Shown: positions 17,093-27,991 of the stretch, piece after piece
Layout of the letters: every line of letters starts with the position of its first letter
How positions within the stretch are numbered: the stretch's first letter is position 1
From: Pseudomonadota bacterium
GTDB lineage: Bacteria > Bdellovibrionota_B > Oligoflexia > Oligoflexales > CAIYRB01
DNA length: 64,000 nucleotides
NCBI GenBank assembly: GCA_026390445.1
Contig: JAPLFX010000044.1
Location: forward strand, 5,550 to 69,549
Direction of reading: 5' to 3'
Position numbers and translations under genes: made by a program
Notes under the pieces: model-generated
The model's database searches: none
The model's input: only the letters and a program-made list of their open reading frames with translations
What the model was told of the DNA's origin: nothing

Positions 17093-18300
17093 AGGATGCT
17101 CTCCCGAGTGGCCAGCGGCAGATCGACCAACCAATCCTCGCCCAGAGGGGTCATCCGTGGCGGGCCAGCCACGCTTACCTCGCCAGCCCCAGCAGCGAAG
17201 CGTAAACCGTCCGCAGCGCCGAGGATCTTCGCTGCCTGAAAGGCATGGAGGTGATCCACAGCGGCGGCGCGAAGGAACGGGTCATAGACACCGGCACCGC
17301 CTTCAAGCAGGACGCTGGTGATCTGCAGCTGCCAAAGGGCTTTGAGGATCGAGCCTGGGGAAAAGGCGCCGTGACTGTCGCGCGGTAGATGGACGCAGGT
17401 TCCGCCCATCGTCTGCAGATGCTGCACCTTTAGCTGTGCGGCGTGGCTGAGGCGGTCCCCGGTCAGCCAGATCACCCCGGCCGGATCATACTGCAAGAGG
17501 CGCCACAGTTCTGGCGGCTGCGCCAAGAGTCCTGAGGCATCGGGGTCGAGCACGACGCGACGCGGCGCCCGCCCGCGCCAAAGGGAATCACGAGCATCTA
17601 AGCGGGGGTCATCGGCCAGCAGCGTGCCGCGGCCGATGACGATGGCATCGTAGTAGATCCGCAGAAAGTGGCCGTAGGCCCGCGCCCTCGGTCCGGTGAT
17701 CCAGGCTCGCTGTGAGCCGGGGAGCGCGATCAGGCCATCTAAGCTGAGCGCCACCTTAAGTGCGACAAAGGGCCGTTGCTGGCGCACATTGCACAAAAAA
17801 ATCTCCGCCAACTCGCTGCAGGACGCCGACCACGTATCATCTAGCTCGGCGCGAATACCGGCCTGTTCGAGGATCTTTGCGCCGCGCCCATCGACTCTGG
17901 GATTGGGGTCGACCAGCCCGTAGACGACCTTGGCCAGGCCCGTTGACGCTAAGGAAGTGGCACAAGCGGGGGTGCGGTTGCTATGGGCGCATGGTTCCAG
18001 GGTGACGTACATGGTGCCACCGCGGATGCGCCCAGTCTGCTGCTGCTGCTCGGCGTAACCCAGCGCATTGACCTCGGCGTGGGCCTGTCCGACCCGCTCG
18101 TGGGCTCCAGCGCCGAGAAAGCCGTGGTCGGCATCGACCAACACGGCACCGACCAAGGGATTTGGTGCGACCTGGCCGACACCGCGACCGGCGACGAGCA
18201 CGGCCAGGTCTTTACACGCGTCAGGCGACAGCTTGCTGCCTATGGCTGGGAGCTGTAGGGACCTGAGTGCGGCATCTTTCGGGTCGGGTTGCCAATGCAT
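17089..18300 (-). CDS. ribD: bifunctional riboflavin biosynthesis deaminase/reductase RibD
   Basis: Deaminase zinc motifs HAEVNAL and TLEPCAH. The C-terminal reductase domain is present (LKVALSLDG, VLLEGG). Confidence 0.9.
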   Translation of the reverse strand: MHWQPDPKDAALRSLQLPAIGSKLSPDACKDLAVLVAGRGVGQVAPNPLVGAVLVDADHGFLGAGAHERVGQAHAEVNALGYAEQQQQTGRIRGGTMYVTLEPCAHSNRTPACATSLASTGLAKVVYGLVDPNPRVDGRGAKILEQAGIRAELDDTWSASCSELAEIFLCNVRQQRPFVALKVALSLDGLIALPGSQRAWITGPRARAYGHFLRIYYDAIVIGRGTLLADDPRLDARDSLWRGRAPRRVVLDPDASGLLAQPPELWRLLQYDPAGVIWLTGDRLSHAAQLKVQHLQTMGGTCVHLPRDSHGAFSPGSILKALWQLQITSVLLEGGAGVYDPFLRAAAVDHLHAFQAAKILGAADGLRFAAGAGEVSVAGPPRMTPLGEDWLVDLPLATRESIL

Positions 18301-18427
18301 GGGAGGAATTTAGCAAAAACCACCTGCAATTGATAGCTCTGGGCCGCAACGGCGCCGCCGCCTCGGTTTGGTCCCTAAGGCGACTCCGTGATGGCCTAAA
18401 ATTTCCAAGTGGCATAGACTCTTACCC

Positions 18428-19633
18428 ATGATTCATACAATCCTCACCTGTGCTTCAATTGGCGTGACTTTGGCCCTGCTGCCGTTCTTCGTGCTGCTGG
18501 CGTTGACGGCCTTTGCCGCTTGGCGCTCCAAGGGCAAAACCCTGCCTCCAGCGCAACGGCAGACACCGCCCCGCTTCGTGTTGCTGGTCCCGGCCCACAA
18601 CGAGGCCGAGCTGATCGCTGCCACCGTCGGTAGTCTGCACAGCCTTGACTACCCTAGGGACCGCTACCAGGTCCTGGTGATTGCCGACAACTGCAGCGAT
18701 CAAACCGCCGTGCTGGCGCGTCAGGCAGGTGCCGAAGTCTGGGAGCGAAGCCATGATACCTTGCGCGGCAAAGGTCATGCGCTGGAGTGGGCGATTGAGC
18801 GCCTGCTCAGGGAGCGCCAGTCCACCGACCTAGATGCTGTGATCATCATCGACGCCGATATCGGTGCCGATCCGGGGCTGCTTTGGGCCTTTGCCGCGGG
18901 CCGCCACGCCGGCTATGACTTCGCCCAGGCGCTGTATTTGGGGCTCAATCCCGATACCTCGTGGCGGACCCAGCTGATGAACTACGCTCTGGCGCTGTTC
19001 AACGGCACCTGGCTCTTGGCGCAAGAGGAGCTCGGCATGAGCGTCGCCCTGCGCGGCAACGGCATGTGCTTTTCCGTGGCGGGACTGCGGCGCTGTCCGT
19101 GGTCGGCCTTCGGTCTGGCCGAAGACCTCGAATTTAGCTGGCGCCTACGCTTAAATGGCGAGCGCGCGCACTTTGTCCGTGCCGCCCGCATCAATGCCCA
19201 GTTGGTCAGCCAGGGCGGAGCAGCGGCGGCCTCGCAGCGGCAACGCTGGGAGCATGGCCGCAAAGCCCTGCGCAAACTCTTTACCAGCGAGCTGCTGCGG
19301 CATCGTCAGCTTGGCCTCGGCCAAAAGGCCTACTACGTCTTTGATCTGTATATGCTGCCGCTATCGAAGCTGGCGACGTGGCAGCTGCTCGCCACCCTCG
19401 GTGCGGTTGTTTTTGGCCTGACCGGGCTCGTCTCCATCCAGTTGCTGATGTTTCTCAGCATGGCTGTCTATGCCCTGACGCCGTTTTTTGTCCTCGGCTT
19501 ACCTTTGCGCTATCTCTTGGCGTTGCGCTTTTTGCCGGCCTATGTTTTGTGGAAGCTGTGGCTTTATGGCCAACGGGCGCCGCGCCAGTGGATCCGCACC
19601 GGACGCGAAGGCGGCGCTTCAAAAGAAGGCTGA
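18428..19633 (+). CDS. membrane-bound family 2 glycosyltransferase
   Basis: N-terminal TM segment. GT-A motifs [22 protein letters not shown] and IIIDAD. C-terminal TM helices. QRQRWEHG matches the Q-x-x-R-W-like motif. Confidence 0.8.
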   Translation: MIHTILTCASIGVTLALLPFFVLLALTAFAAWRSKGKTLPPAQRQTPPRFVLLVPAHNEAELIAATVGSLHSLDYPRDRYQVLVIADNCSDQTAVLARQAGAEVWERSHDTLRGKGHALEWAIERLLRERQSTDLDAVIIIDADIGADPGLLWAFAAGRHAGYDFAQALYLGLNPDTSWRTQLMNYALALFNGTWLLAQEELGMSVALRGNGMCFSVAGLRRCPWSAFGLAEDLEFSWRLRLNGERAHFVRAARINAQLVSQGGAAAASQRQRWEHGRKALRKLFTSELLRHRQLGLGQKAYYVFDLYMLPLSKLATWQLLATLGAVVFGLTGLVSIQLLMFLSMAVYALTPFFVLGLPLRYLLALRFLPAYVLWKLWLYGQRAPRQWIRTGREGGASKEG

Positions 19634-19715
19634 TTCCTGTACACTGCCTGCTGTGGTGCCTGGGCCGGTCCGGCCAGATACCCTACAACCTTTCAGCGGA
19701 CGATGGAGAGCGACG

Positions 19716-22397
19716 ATGGCGAACGATAGTTTCAAGGCGCGTGACACACTCAGCGTCGATGGCAAAACCTACCATTTTGCCAGCCTGAAGAAGGCCGCGC
19801 AAAACGGCCTCGGTGATCTACAACGGTTGCCGCTCTCGCTCAAAGTGCTGCTGGAGAATCTGCTGCGCCACGAAGACGGCACCATCGTGCAAAAAGCCGA
19901 TATCGAGGCGATGGCAACCTGGCTGAAGACCAAGACCTCGCAGCACGAGGTGGCCTTCTACCCGGCTCGCGTGCTGATGCAGGACTTCACGGGTGTGCCA
20001 GCCGTCGTCGATTTGGCGACGATGCGCGAGGCGATGCTGAAGGTCGGGGGTGACCCAAAGAAGATCAACCCGCTCAAACCCGTCGATTTGGTGATCGATC
20101 ACTCCGTGACCGTCGATAAGGCCGGTACTGCTGACGCCTTTCAGGTCAACGTCGATCTGGAGTTCGACCGCAACGGCGAACGCTATGAGTTTTTGAAGTG
20201 GGCGCAGACCGCGTTTAATAACTTCACCGTCGTACCGCCCGGTACCGGTATCTGCCACCAGGTAAACTTAGAGTATTTAGCGCGAGTCGCCTTTCGCGAG
20301 CACAAGGACGGTCAAGACTGGGTCTACCCAGATACGTTGGTCGGCACCGATAGCCACACGACGATGGTCAACGGCCTGTCCGTTCTGGGCTGGGGCGTGG
20401 GTGGCATCGAGGCCGAGGCGGCGATGTTGGCACAGCCGCTATCGATGGTGATTCCTGAGGTCGTCGGTCTGCGCTTTACCGGCACCTTGACCGAGGGCGC
20501 GACGGCGACGGATTTGGTGCTGGCCGTCACCGAAATCCTGCGTAAAAAGGGCGTGGTCGGCAAATTCGTCGAGTTTTTTGGCCCTGGACTGGCGCATCTA
20601 TCGCTTGCCGACCGGGCGACGATCGCCAATATGGCGCCCGAATACGGGGCGACCTGTGGCTTCTTCCCGATCGACGGCGAGACGACGCGCTACCTGCGCT
20701 TCTCCGGCCGCGACGAGTCCCAGGTGAAGTTGGTCGAGGCTTATGCCAAGGCCCAAGGTCTGTGGTACGAGCCTAGCGCGCCGGAACCGAGCTTTACCGC
20801 TGTCCTCGAACTGGATCTAAGCACGGTCGAGCCGGCACTGGCTGGACCCAAGCGCCCCCAAGACCGCGTCGTGCTCAGTCAAGTCGCTACCAATTTCAAA
20901 AAGGATCTAACCACAGGCTTTAAGGTCAAAGATGCCGACCTCAGTCTAAAGTCTCCTGTTGCTGGCGCTGACTTCGCGCTTGAGCAAGGCTCCATCGTCA
21001 TCGCCGCCATCACCAGTTGCACCAACACCTCCAATCCAGCGGTCATGCTCGCTGCCGGACTATTGGCAAAAAAGGCGGTGGAAAAAGGCCTGAAGGTCAA
21101 ACCTTGGGTCAAAACCTCGCTGGCACCCGGATCGCAGGTGGTCACCGACTACTACCAGGCCTCCGGCCTCAACGTCTTCCTCGACAAACTAGGCTTCAAC
21201 CTCGTCGGCTATGGTTGCACCACCTGCATCGGCAATAGCGGCCCCCTGCATGACACCATCGCCGCGGCAATTCATGCCAAAGATCTGGTGTCGGTATCCG
21301 TGCTTTCTGGCAACCGCAACTTCGAAGGCCGCATTGGCCCCGATGTTAAAGCGAACTACCTGGCGTCGCCGCCTCTGGTCGTCGCCTATGCCTTGGCCGG
21401 CAACATCAAGATCGATTTGACCAAAGAGCCCATCGGTCAGGGTAGCGACGGCAAGCCGGTTTACCTCAAAGATATCTGGCCTTCAAATGCCGAGATCCGC
21501 GCCACCATCGACAAAGCTCTAACCCCAGAGATGTTCCGCAAGCGCTATAGCGATGTCGCCAAGGGGCCTGCGCAGTGGCAGGCGGTCAAGGTTTCGGGGG
21601 GGTTCTCGTTCACCTGGAATAAAGACAGCACCTATGTGCGCAACCCGCCTTATTTCGAGGGTATGACCGCCCAACCGGCGGCGATTGCCGATATCAAAGG
21701 CGCGCGCCCACTCGCCGTGCTCGGTGATTCGGTGACGACCGACCATATCTCGCCAGCCGGCTCGATCAAGGATTCCAGTCCAGCCGGTCAGTACCTGCTG
21801 GCGCATGGTGTCAAAAAAGCCGACTTCAATTCCTACGGCGCTCGCCGCGGTAACCACGAAGTCATGATGCGTGGGACCTTCGCCAACATCCGCCTGCGCA
21901 ACGAGATGACGGCAGGAATCGAAGGCGGCGTCACCAAGCACATGCCAGATGGTAAGCAGATGACCATCTACGATGCGTCGATGCAGTACCAAAAGGAAAA
22001 GACGCCGCTCGTGATTATCGCTGGCAAGGAATACGGCACCGGCTCGTCGCGTGATTGGGCCGCCAAAGGCACCAATCTACTCGGCGTTAAGGCCGTCATC
22101 GTCGAGAGTTTTGAGCGGATTCACCGGTCCAATCTTGTCGGGATGGGCGTCTTGCCGCTGCAGTTTGAAGGCACAACCACGCGCGTGACCTTGAAGCTCG
22201 ACGGCAGCGAGACCTTCGATATTTTAGGCACCGCCAAACTAGCGCCCCGCAGCGAGCTGGATCTGGTCATTCACCGTGCCAATGGCAAGTCGGAAACGGT
22301 CAAGGTGCGCTGCCGCATCGATACGTCCGATGAGCTGGAATACTTCCGCAGCGGTGGCATCTTGCACTACACCGTGCGCAAGCTCAGCAAGGCCTAA
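19716..22397 (+). CDS. acnA: aconitate hydratase A
   Basis: Unmistakable aconitase sequence ([12 protein letters not shown]..., [23 protein letters not shown]). ATG 19716 is preceded by GGAGAG. The longer ORF-track start overlaps the GT2 gene. Confidence 0.95.
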   Translation: MANDSFKARDTLSVDGKTYHFASLKKAAQNGLGDLQRLPLSLKVLLENLLRHEDGTIVQKADIEAMATWLKTKTSQHEVAFYPARVLMQDFTGVPAVVDLATMREAMLKVGGDPKKINPLKPVDLVIDHSVTVDKAGTADAFQVNVDLEFDRNGERYEFLKWAQTAFNNFTVVPPGTGICHQVNLEYLARVAFREHKDGQDWVYPDTLVGTDSHTTMVNGLSVLGWGVGGIEAEAAMLAQPLSMVIPEVVGLRFTGTLTEGATATDLVLAVTEILRKKGVVGKFVEFFGPGLAHLSLADRATIANMAPEYGATCGFFPIDGETTRYLRFSGRDESQVKLVEAYAKAQGLWYEPSAPEPSFTAVLELDLSTVEPALAGPKRPQDRVVLSQVATNFKKDLTTGFKVKDADLSLKSPVAGADFALEQGSIVIAAITSCTNTSNPAVMLAAGLLAKKAVEKGLKVKPWVKTSLAPGSQVVTDYYQASGLNVFLDKLGFNLVGYGCTTCIGNSGPLHDTIAAAIHAKDLVSVSVLSGNRNFEGRIGPDVKANYLASPPLVVAYALAGNIKIDLTKEPIGQGSDGKPVYLKDIWPSNAEIRATIDKALTPEMFRKRYSDVAKGPAQWQAVKVSGGFSFTWNKDSTYVRNPPYFEGMTAQPAAIADIKGARPLAVLGDSVTTDHISPAGSIKDSSPAGQYLLAHGVKKADFNSYGARRGNHEVMMRGTFANIRLRNEMTAGIEGGVTKHMPDGKQMTIYDASMQYQKEKTPLVIIAGKEYGTGSSRDWAAKGTNLLGVKAVIVESFERIHRSNLVGMGVLPLQFEGTTTRVTLKLDGSETFDILGTAKLAPRSELDLVIHRANGKSETVKVRCRIDTSDELEYFRSGGILHYTVRKLSKA

Positions 22398-22403
22398 GCA
22401 TTG

Positions 22404-22907
22404 ATGAAGGATCTTATTCAGCCTGTGCCGACGTCGCCTCTACGCAAAGGGGAGGCGTCGGTCCTCGTTCGCCCCGCCGAACAGCGGGATCTCGATGCAA
22501 TCGTCGGGTTCAACGCGGCCTTGGCCTGGGAGAGCGAAGGCAAATGCTTGGATCTTGCCGTTCTGCGTCGCGGGGTGGCGCGGGTTTTGGCCACGCCGAC
22601 CTTAGGTCGCTACCTAGTCGCTGAAGCTCAGGGTCAAGTGATCGGTCAAACCATGTTGACCTATGAGCTGACCGACTGGCGTGACGGCGTCATCTACTGG
22701 ATTCAAAGCGTTTATGTCGCGGCTAAGCAACGCCAGCATGGGGTGTTCCGGCAGCTGTACCGCGCCGTGCAGACCTTGGCAGCAGACGATCCGCAGGCTA
22801 GGGGGCTGCGTCTCTATGTCGAGCAGGCCAATCAAAGCGCGGTGGCCGTGTATGAGTCGCTCGGTATGAAGCGCGCTCCCTATTATTTTTACGACGCTGA
22901 AGTCTGA
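22404..22907 (+). CDS. GNAT family N-acetyltransferase
   Basis: 167 aa. Acetyl-CoA-binding motif region is QRQHGVFRQLY. Confidence 0.75.
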   Translation: MKDLIQPVPTSPLRKGEASVLVRPAEQRDLDAIVGFNAALAWESEGKCLDLAVLRRGVARVLATPTLGRYLVAEAQGQVIGQTMLTYELTDWRDGVIYWIQSVYVAAKQRQHGVFRQLYRAVQTLAADDPQARGLRLYVEQANQSAVAVYESLGMKRAPYYFYDAEV

Positions 22908-22914
22908 GGTCTCG

Positions 22915-24363
22915 ATGTTTTGGCATCTCTACGACGCCTGGGTGCGGCCGGATCTCGTGGTCGGCATTCACACCCTCGTCGCCTTGATTGCGTCTTGTCA
23001 TGCGGTCATGACGAAAGAAGAACCGCGTTCGGCGACGGGTTGGGTCGGCTTGATCTGGCTGTCACCACTGATCGGGGCGCTGCTTTATTACATCTTTGGC
23101 ATCAATCGGATCCGCCGCTCCGCCGTGACCCTGATGGGTGCTGAGGGCAAGGTGCGTCTGGACCGGGCCACAGCTGGGAGTCTGCATGCAGCCGGGCTGC
23201 TTGCGGATGCGGGTCTGCAGCAGCTGTCGCGCTTGGGCGATCAGGTGTCCGGCATGCAGCTGACGCCAGGCAACGCCATCGACCCCTTGCTCAACGGCGA
23301 ACAAGCTTATCCGGCGATGCTGCAAGCAATCGCCGAGGCGACTTCGTCGGTCATGCTGTCGAGCTACATCTTCGACTACGATGCCGTGGGGCGTGAATTT
23401 ATCGAGGCCCTGCGTTTGGCGGTCCTGCGCGGGGTCGAGGTCCGCGTCTTGATCGATGCGACGGGCTCGCGCTATTCCTTCCCGTCGGTGGTGCCAAAAC
23501 TTCGCGCCGCAGGCGTGCGCAGCGCGCGATTTATGCCTAATTTGCAGCCGACGCGCATCGCCGCCCTAAACCTGCGCAGTCACCGCAAGATCATGGTCGT
23601 CGATGGACGCATCGGATTTACCGGCGGTATGAATATCCGCCAAGGCAACTATGTCACCAGAGGCTATCCGCATCCGGTGCAGGATTTGCACTTCAAGATC
23701 GTGGGTCCGGTCGTGGCCCACCTGCGCCAGGCTTTTATCGAGGACTGGGCCTTCACCACGAAGGAGGTGCTGGCGGGCGATCAGTGGCTGCCGCATATCG
23801 AGCCCGGTCGCGGCGACGTGCTGGCCAGGGGGGTGCCCGATGGTCCCGACCGCGATTTCGAAAAGGTGCTCTGGACCATGCTTGGGGCCATCTCATCGGC
23901 ACGGACGCGGATTCGCATCGCGACGCCCTACTTTCTGCCTGACTCGACGGCTGTACGCTTTTTAAGTGTGGCGCTGATGTCCGGCGTCCAAGTCGAGATT
24001 TTGCTACCCGAAAAAAACAACATTCCGCCTGTGGCTTGGGCGGCTTTTGCGACGTTGCCGCCGCTGCTGCAAAAGAATTGCAAGGTCTACCTGGTGCCTC
24101 CGCCGTTTGATCACACCAAGATGATGCTGATCGACGATGCGTGGGCTTTGATTGGCTCCGCCAATTGGGATGCGCGCAGTCTGCGTCTCAACTTTGAGTT
24201 CAATATCGAGTGTTTTAGTCGTGACTTGGCGGACCGCCTGCACCTGGTCTTTGACGACAAGCTGCGCCGGTCGCGGCCTTTGACCCTCGAGGATTTGAGC
24301 AGTCGCTCGTTTCCGGTCCGTCTGCGCGATAGCGTGACCAGGTTGTTTGCGCCTTACCTATGA
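22915..24363 (+). CDS. cls: cardiolipin synthase (PLD superfamily)
   Basis: Two HKD motifs (HRKIMVVDG and HTKMMLIDD) and N-terminal TM helices. Confidence 0.9.
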   Translation: MFWHLYDAWVRPDLVVGIHTLVALIASCHAVMTKEEPRSATGWVGLIWLSPLIGALLYYIFGINRIRRSAVTLMGAEGKVRLDRATAGSLHAAGLLADAGLQQLSRLGDQVSGMQLTPGNAIDPLLNGEQAYPAMLQAIAEATSSVMLSSYIFDYDAVGREFIEALRLAVLRGVEVRVLIDATGSRYSFPSVVPKLRAAGVRSARFMPNLQPTRIAALNLRSHRKIMVVDGRIGFTGGMNIRQGNYVTRGYPHPVQDLHFKIVGPVVAHLRQAFIEDWAFTTKEVLAGDQWLPHIEPGRGDVLARGVPDGPDRDFEKVLWTMLGAISSARTRIRIATPYFLPDSTAVRFLSVALMSGVQVEILLPEKNNIPPVAWAAFATLPPLLQKNCKVYLVPPPFDHTKMMLIDDAWALIGSANWDARSLRLNFEFNIECFSRDLADRLHLVFDDKLRRSRPLTLEDLSSRSFPVRLRDSVTRLFAPYL

Positions 24364-24394
24364 CCCATGGATAGTTGCATGGTCCGTATAGTGG

Positions 24395-25756
24395 TCAATC
24401 CGTATACTTCCAGGCGCGATGGGCTAGGTACAAAGGTAGTTGCACGTTGGTGGTCACGCCGTTGGCGTTGGCTGACTCTGAAGGTGGGCGACCAGATAGT
24501 ATCAGGCTAAATTTGGGCCGATACTTTTCATTGAAGACCCTGAGGCTCTGAGCTCTCACGCGATGTGCTGATTTCACCTCGACGGGAATACTTGTGGTGG
24601 AGCCTTGAAGCAGAAATTCAATCTCTGATTTCTTCTCTGTCCAACCGAATAATGGCCGCAGCGGTCCTGACGCTTTGAGTGCCTGGGCGACAAAATTTTC
24701 CGCAACATAGCCTTTATATGTACCAAAATCGTACGACAGCAATGCCCGAGCGGGTAAGTCTAACATGGCGCCGAGAATACCCACGTCGAACAGATAGATC
24801 CGGAAATGGTTAGGCTTGGTAAACGCTGCGATGGGGGTTTCCGCGTGCTCACAGATCGGAACCTGAAGAATGAGGCCAGCCTTTGCCAACCAATCGATGG
24901 GACCAGCAAGTCGACCGTAATTGTGAATCCCAGGGACAACATCCTTAAACTTGAACCTGCTTACGGACAGGTCCTGGGCTACGGCTAATTGTTGCGGTAC
25001 AGACGCCCACGTTCGTTCGATATGAAGTGCGTTCACTTTGCCTGAGTGCTTGGCGACGTCCGCCAAGTACGCATTGATCAATTTTTGCTGTGTGACGCGG
25101 ACATCAGCGACCGCCTCCAATGAGCCTGGGGAGTTTGCGATATATCGTGACACGACTTCGGGTAGTCCCCCGGTCAGCAAATATTCGCGCCAGAGGTCCC
25201 AAAACATCTGGTGCGCGGTCGATGAAATGTCCTGACCGTGTTCGGCTTCCTCGAATGCACGACACACGAGCGCGTTGCCCCTAGCTAGGACAAACTCATG
25301 GAATGACAGCGGGTGAAGGTGTAGCCAATCGACATAGCCGACGGGAAAGGATGATTGTGCGAGGCTTAGCCCAAGCAGCGATCCCGCCGCACAGATCGCC
25401 AGTCGTGGCATCTGTTCGCAGAAGTGTTTGAGGCTGGTGAGCGCCTTTGGCGCCGCCTGAATTTCGTCAAAAAAGAGCAAATCGGTGTCAGGATTGATGG
25501 GTCTGCCGGTCAGCAGCGACAGCTCCGCCACGATCCGCTGTGGTACCAGATCTCGGTCGAACACCGCTGCGGCGCGCGGCTCTCGTTCGAAGTTAAACAC
25601 ATGGGTCACGCTGAATGCGGTTTTGCCGAACTCTTGAACCAAATAGGTCTTGCCCACCTGCCGGGCACCCAGAATGATCAGGGGCTTACGGTTTTTCGAT
25701 ACTTTCCAGTTGGTTAGATCTGACCTCGCATGTCTCAGCATGTTTAAGGGCCCCAA
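24395..25756 (-). CDS. AAA-family ATPase with a DUF4143-type C-terminal domain (COG1373-like)
   Basis: Walker A GARQVGKT and Walker B LLFFDEIQ. The ~450-aa architecture is typical of AAA_14 + DUF4143. GC is lower than in the neighbouring genes. Confidence 0.75.
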   Translation of the reverse strand: MGPLNMLRHARSDLTNWKVSKNRKPLIILGARQVGKTYLVQEFGKTAFSVTHVFNFEREPRAAAVFDRDLVPQRIVAELSLLTGRPINPDTDLLFFDEIQAAPKALTSLKHFCEQMPRLAICAAGSLLGLSLAQSSFPVGYVDWLHLHPLSFHEFVLARGNALVCRAFEEAEHGQDISSTAHQMFWDLWREYLLTGGLPEVVSRYIANSPGSLEAVADVRVTQQKLINAYLADVAKHSGKVNALHIERTWASVPQQLAVAQDLSVSRFKFKDVVPGIHNYGRLAGPIDWLAKAGLILQVPICEHAETPIAAFTKPNHFRIYLFDVGILGAMLDLPARALLSYDFGTYKGYVAENFVAQALKASGPLRPLFGWTEKKSEIEFLLQGSTTSIPVEVKSAHRVRAQSLRVFNEKYRPKFSLILSGRPPSESANANGVTTNVQLPLYLAHRAWKYTD

Positions 25757-25936
25757 AAATGCAATATATGTACTTTTAAGGTACCATCATTTGACACTTT
25801 TGAACATGGGTTGGGGGGCCTCGTTTCACTATCTCGCCTCTGGCCGCCTCTGGCTGCATCCATTTTCGCTAGTTTATACCGGCAGTAGCTGATAAATCCT
25901 AAGCTCGCCCCGATGTCCACGTCTGAGAGGATTGCT

Positions 25937-27088
25937 ATGAAGTTGCACCGCCTAACTGTACCCGTCGCCGCAACGTTTGGCTTGGTCAGCGCCGTCGCTT
26001 TGGCTGCTAACACCTTGAAAGTCGGCGCCGTTTTTGGCCTGAGTGGGGCGCAGTCGACCTACGGCGAAGAGTCCATCAATGGGATGGAGATGGCGCTTGA
26101 TGATCTGAAGGCCAAAGACCCAGCCCTGGCGAGTAAGATTACGGTGGTCAAGGAGGACGAGAAGTCCAATCCGATCGATGCCGCCCTCGCCGTAAAAAAA
26201 GTCCTCAACGTCGACAAGGTGGATTTGGTCTTTGGCAGCGTTGCCAGCTCCAACACCTTGGCGATGGGGTCCGCGGTGATCGAGGCTGGCAAAGTCCAAG
26301 TGACTCCCGCTTCGACCAATCCAGAGGTGACGAAAAAGGGCGACGCGGTGTTTCGCACCTGCTTTATCGATCCGTTCCAAGGGTCCGTTCTGGCAGATTT
26401 CGCAGTCCACCGTCTGAATAAAAAGAAAGCGGCGATCCTGCTCGACCACAAGTCAGACTATTCCAAGGGACTCGCCGAGGCCTTTACCGTCGCGTTCAAG
26501 GCCGCTGGCGGTGAGGTGGTGGCCAACGAGTCCTACGAAGCCGGCAAAAAGGACTTTAAAACCCAGCTCACCAAGATCCGCGCTAAGCATCCCGAAGTGC
26601 TGCTGGTACCAGGCTACTATCAAGAGGTCGGCTTGATCATGAAGCAGGCACAGCAGATGGGCTTTAAGGTGACCCTGCTGGGCGGCGACGGCTGGGACAG
26701 CCCAACCTTGTACGAATTAGCCGGTGCCGATGCCGTCAAAGGGAACTACTTCTCAACGCATTTTGCACCCGATGACAAGGATCCGCGCGTCCAGAAGTTT
26801 GTCAAAGACTACACGGCGCGCTTCCACAAGGCGCCCGGCGCGATGTCCGCGAGCAGTTACGACGGGATCCTCGTCGTCGCCGATGCCTTCAAGCGCGCCG
26901 GTAGCAATGATCCCGCGGCGCTTAAGAAGGCGTTATCGGCCACCAAGGGCTTTGTCGGTGTCGCTGGCACCTTATCGATCAATGCGCAGCGCGACGCGGT
27001 GAAGCCAGCCGTCATCCTCAAGACCGAGGGCAACAAAGCGGTGTTTGAAGCCAAGATTGAACCAGGCCAGGCCAACAAGTCGCACTGA
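25937..27088 (+). CDS. ABC transporter substrate-binding protein, branched-chain amino acid (LivJ/K-like) family
   Basis: Signal peptide MKLHRLTVPVAATFGLVSAVALA and a type-I periplasmic-binding-fold pattern. First gene of the liv-like operon. ATG 25937 is preceded by GAGAGGA. Confidence 0.85.
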   Translation: MKLHRLTVPVAATFGLVSAVALAANTLKVGAVFGLSGAQSTYGEESINGMEMALDDLKAKDPALASKITVVKEDEKSNPIDAALAVKKVLNVDKVDLVFGSVASSNTLAMGSAVIEAGKVQVTPASTNPEVTKKGDAVFRTCFIDPFQGSVLADFAVHRLNKKKAAILLDHKSDYSKGLAEAFTVAFKAAGGEVVANESYEAGKKDFKTQLTKIRAKHPEVLLVPGYYQEVGLIMKQAQQMGFKVTLLGGDGWDSPTLYELAGADAVKGNYFSTHFAPDDKDPRVQKFVKDYTARFHKAPGAMSASSYDGILVVADAFKRAGSNDPAALKKALSATKGFVGVAGTLSINAQRDAVKPAVILKTEGNKAVFEAKIEPGQANKSH

Positions 27089-27094
27089 GGTCGC

Positions 27095-27979
27095 ATGAGC
27101 GAGTTCCTGCAGTTTTTGATCAACGGCCTGGCCGTGGGCAGCATGTATGCGTTGATCGCACTCGGCTACACCATGGTTTATGGGATCATCCAGCTGATCA
27201 ACTTTGCCCACGGCGAGTTTATGATGATGGGCGCTTTTGTCGGTGCCTTCACCTTGAATCGCTTGCAGGGGACCCCGCTCGCTGTGGCTCTGGTGATATC
27301 GATGCTGGCCGCCGGGTTGCTAGCGGTACTGGTCGAGTTGGTCGCCTACCGCCCGCTGCGGCGCCAACCAAAGATCTTTGTGCTCACTGCGGCGATCGCG
27401 GTGTCGGTCCTGCTGCAAAATCTCGGGCGGATCGTCTTCGGCTCCTCTGCTGTGTCGTTTCCGGCGCAGTTTCCTCAGGGCAGTATTGGCCTCGAGTCCC
27501 TAGGCGTGTGGGTGGAATACTCACAGCTCTTCGTACTCGGGCTTAGTCTGGTGCTCATGGCGGCCTTGTGGCTCATCGTGCACAAGACCAAAATCGGTGC
27601 CGCCATGCGCGCGACCTCGCAGGATATCGACGCCGCTCGGCTGATGGGGATCAACACGAATTTTGTGATCTCCTTTACCTTTTTCATCGGTGCGAGCTTA
27701 GCGGGTGCGGTCGGTGTGTTCTACGGCATGCAGTATTCGGTCGACCCATTGATGGGTGTGCAGCCTGGCCTTGCGGCCTTCGTTGCCGCAGTATTGGGCG
27801 GGATCGGCTCGCTGCCAGGTGCGATGATCGGCGGTCTACTCATCGGGATCATCGAAAATCTAGTCGCAGGTTACTTGTCTAGCACCTATCAGGGTGCCAT
27901 CACCTTCGTTCTGCTGATCCTCGTGCTGTCGATTAAACCGACTGGACTACTTGGCCGTATGGCGCCGGTGAAAGTGTGA
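27095..27979 (+). CDS. livH: branched-chain amino acid ABC transporter permease LivH
   Basis: N-terminus LQFLINGLAVGSMYALIALGYTMVYG is characteristic of LivH. Confidence 0.9.
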   Translation: MSEFLQFLINGLAVGSMYALIALGYTMVYGIIQLINFAHGEFMMMGAFVGAFTLNRLQGTPLAVALVISMLAAGLLAVLVELVAYRPLRRQPKIFVLTAAIAVSVLLQNLGRIVFGSSAVSFPAQFPQGSIGLESLGVWVEYSQLFVLGLSLVLMAALWLIVHKTKIGAAMRATSQDIDAARLMGINTNFVISFTFFIGASLAGAVGVFYGMQYSVDPLMGVQPGLAAFVAAVLGGIGSLPGAMIGGLLIGIIENLVAGYLSSTYQGAITFVLLILVLSIKPTGLLGRMAPVKV

Positions 27980-27991
27980 GGAAGCCCTAGC

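Noticed and set aside
18301-18427. Looked for an FMN (RFN) riboswitch upstream of ribD.
   Set aside because: The region is only 127 bp, is shared with a divergent gene, and lacks the conserved RFN segments I know. A covariance-model search would be needed for certainty.
19488-19715. The ORF track extends aconitase 76 codons upstream (969 aa), overlapping the 3' end of the GT2 gene.
   Set aside because: The extension is Cys/Arg-rich and not aconitase-like. A canonical N-terminus ([10 protein letters not shown]...) with a GGAGAG RBS begins at 19716.
21121-21135. Sigma-54-like element TGGCAC-N5-TCGCA. Similar near-matches occur inside the moxR-like and pepF-like genes.
   Set aside because: All are deep inside coding regions with no downstream gene start. 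In a GC-rich 64-kb window they are expected by chance.
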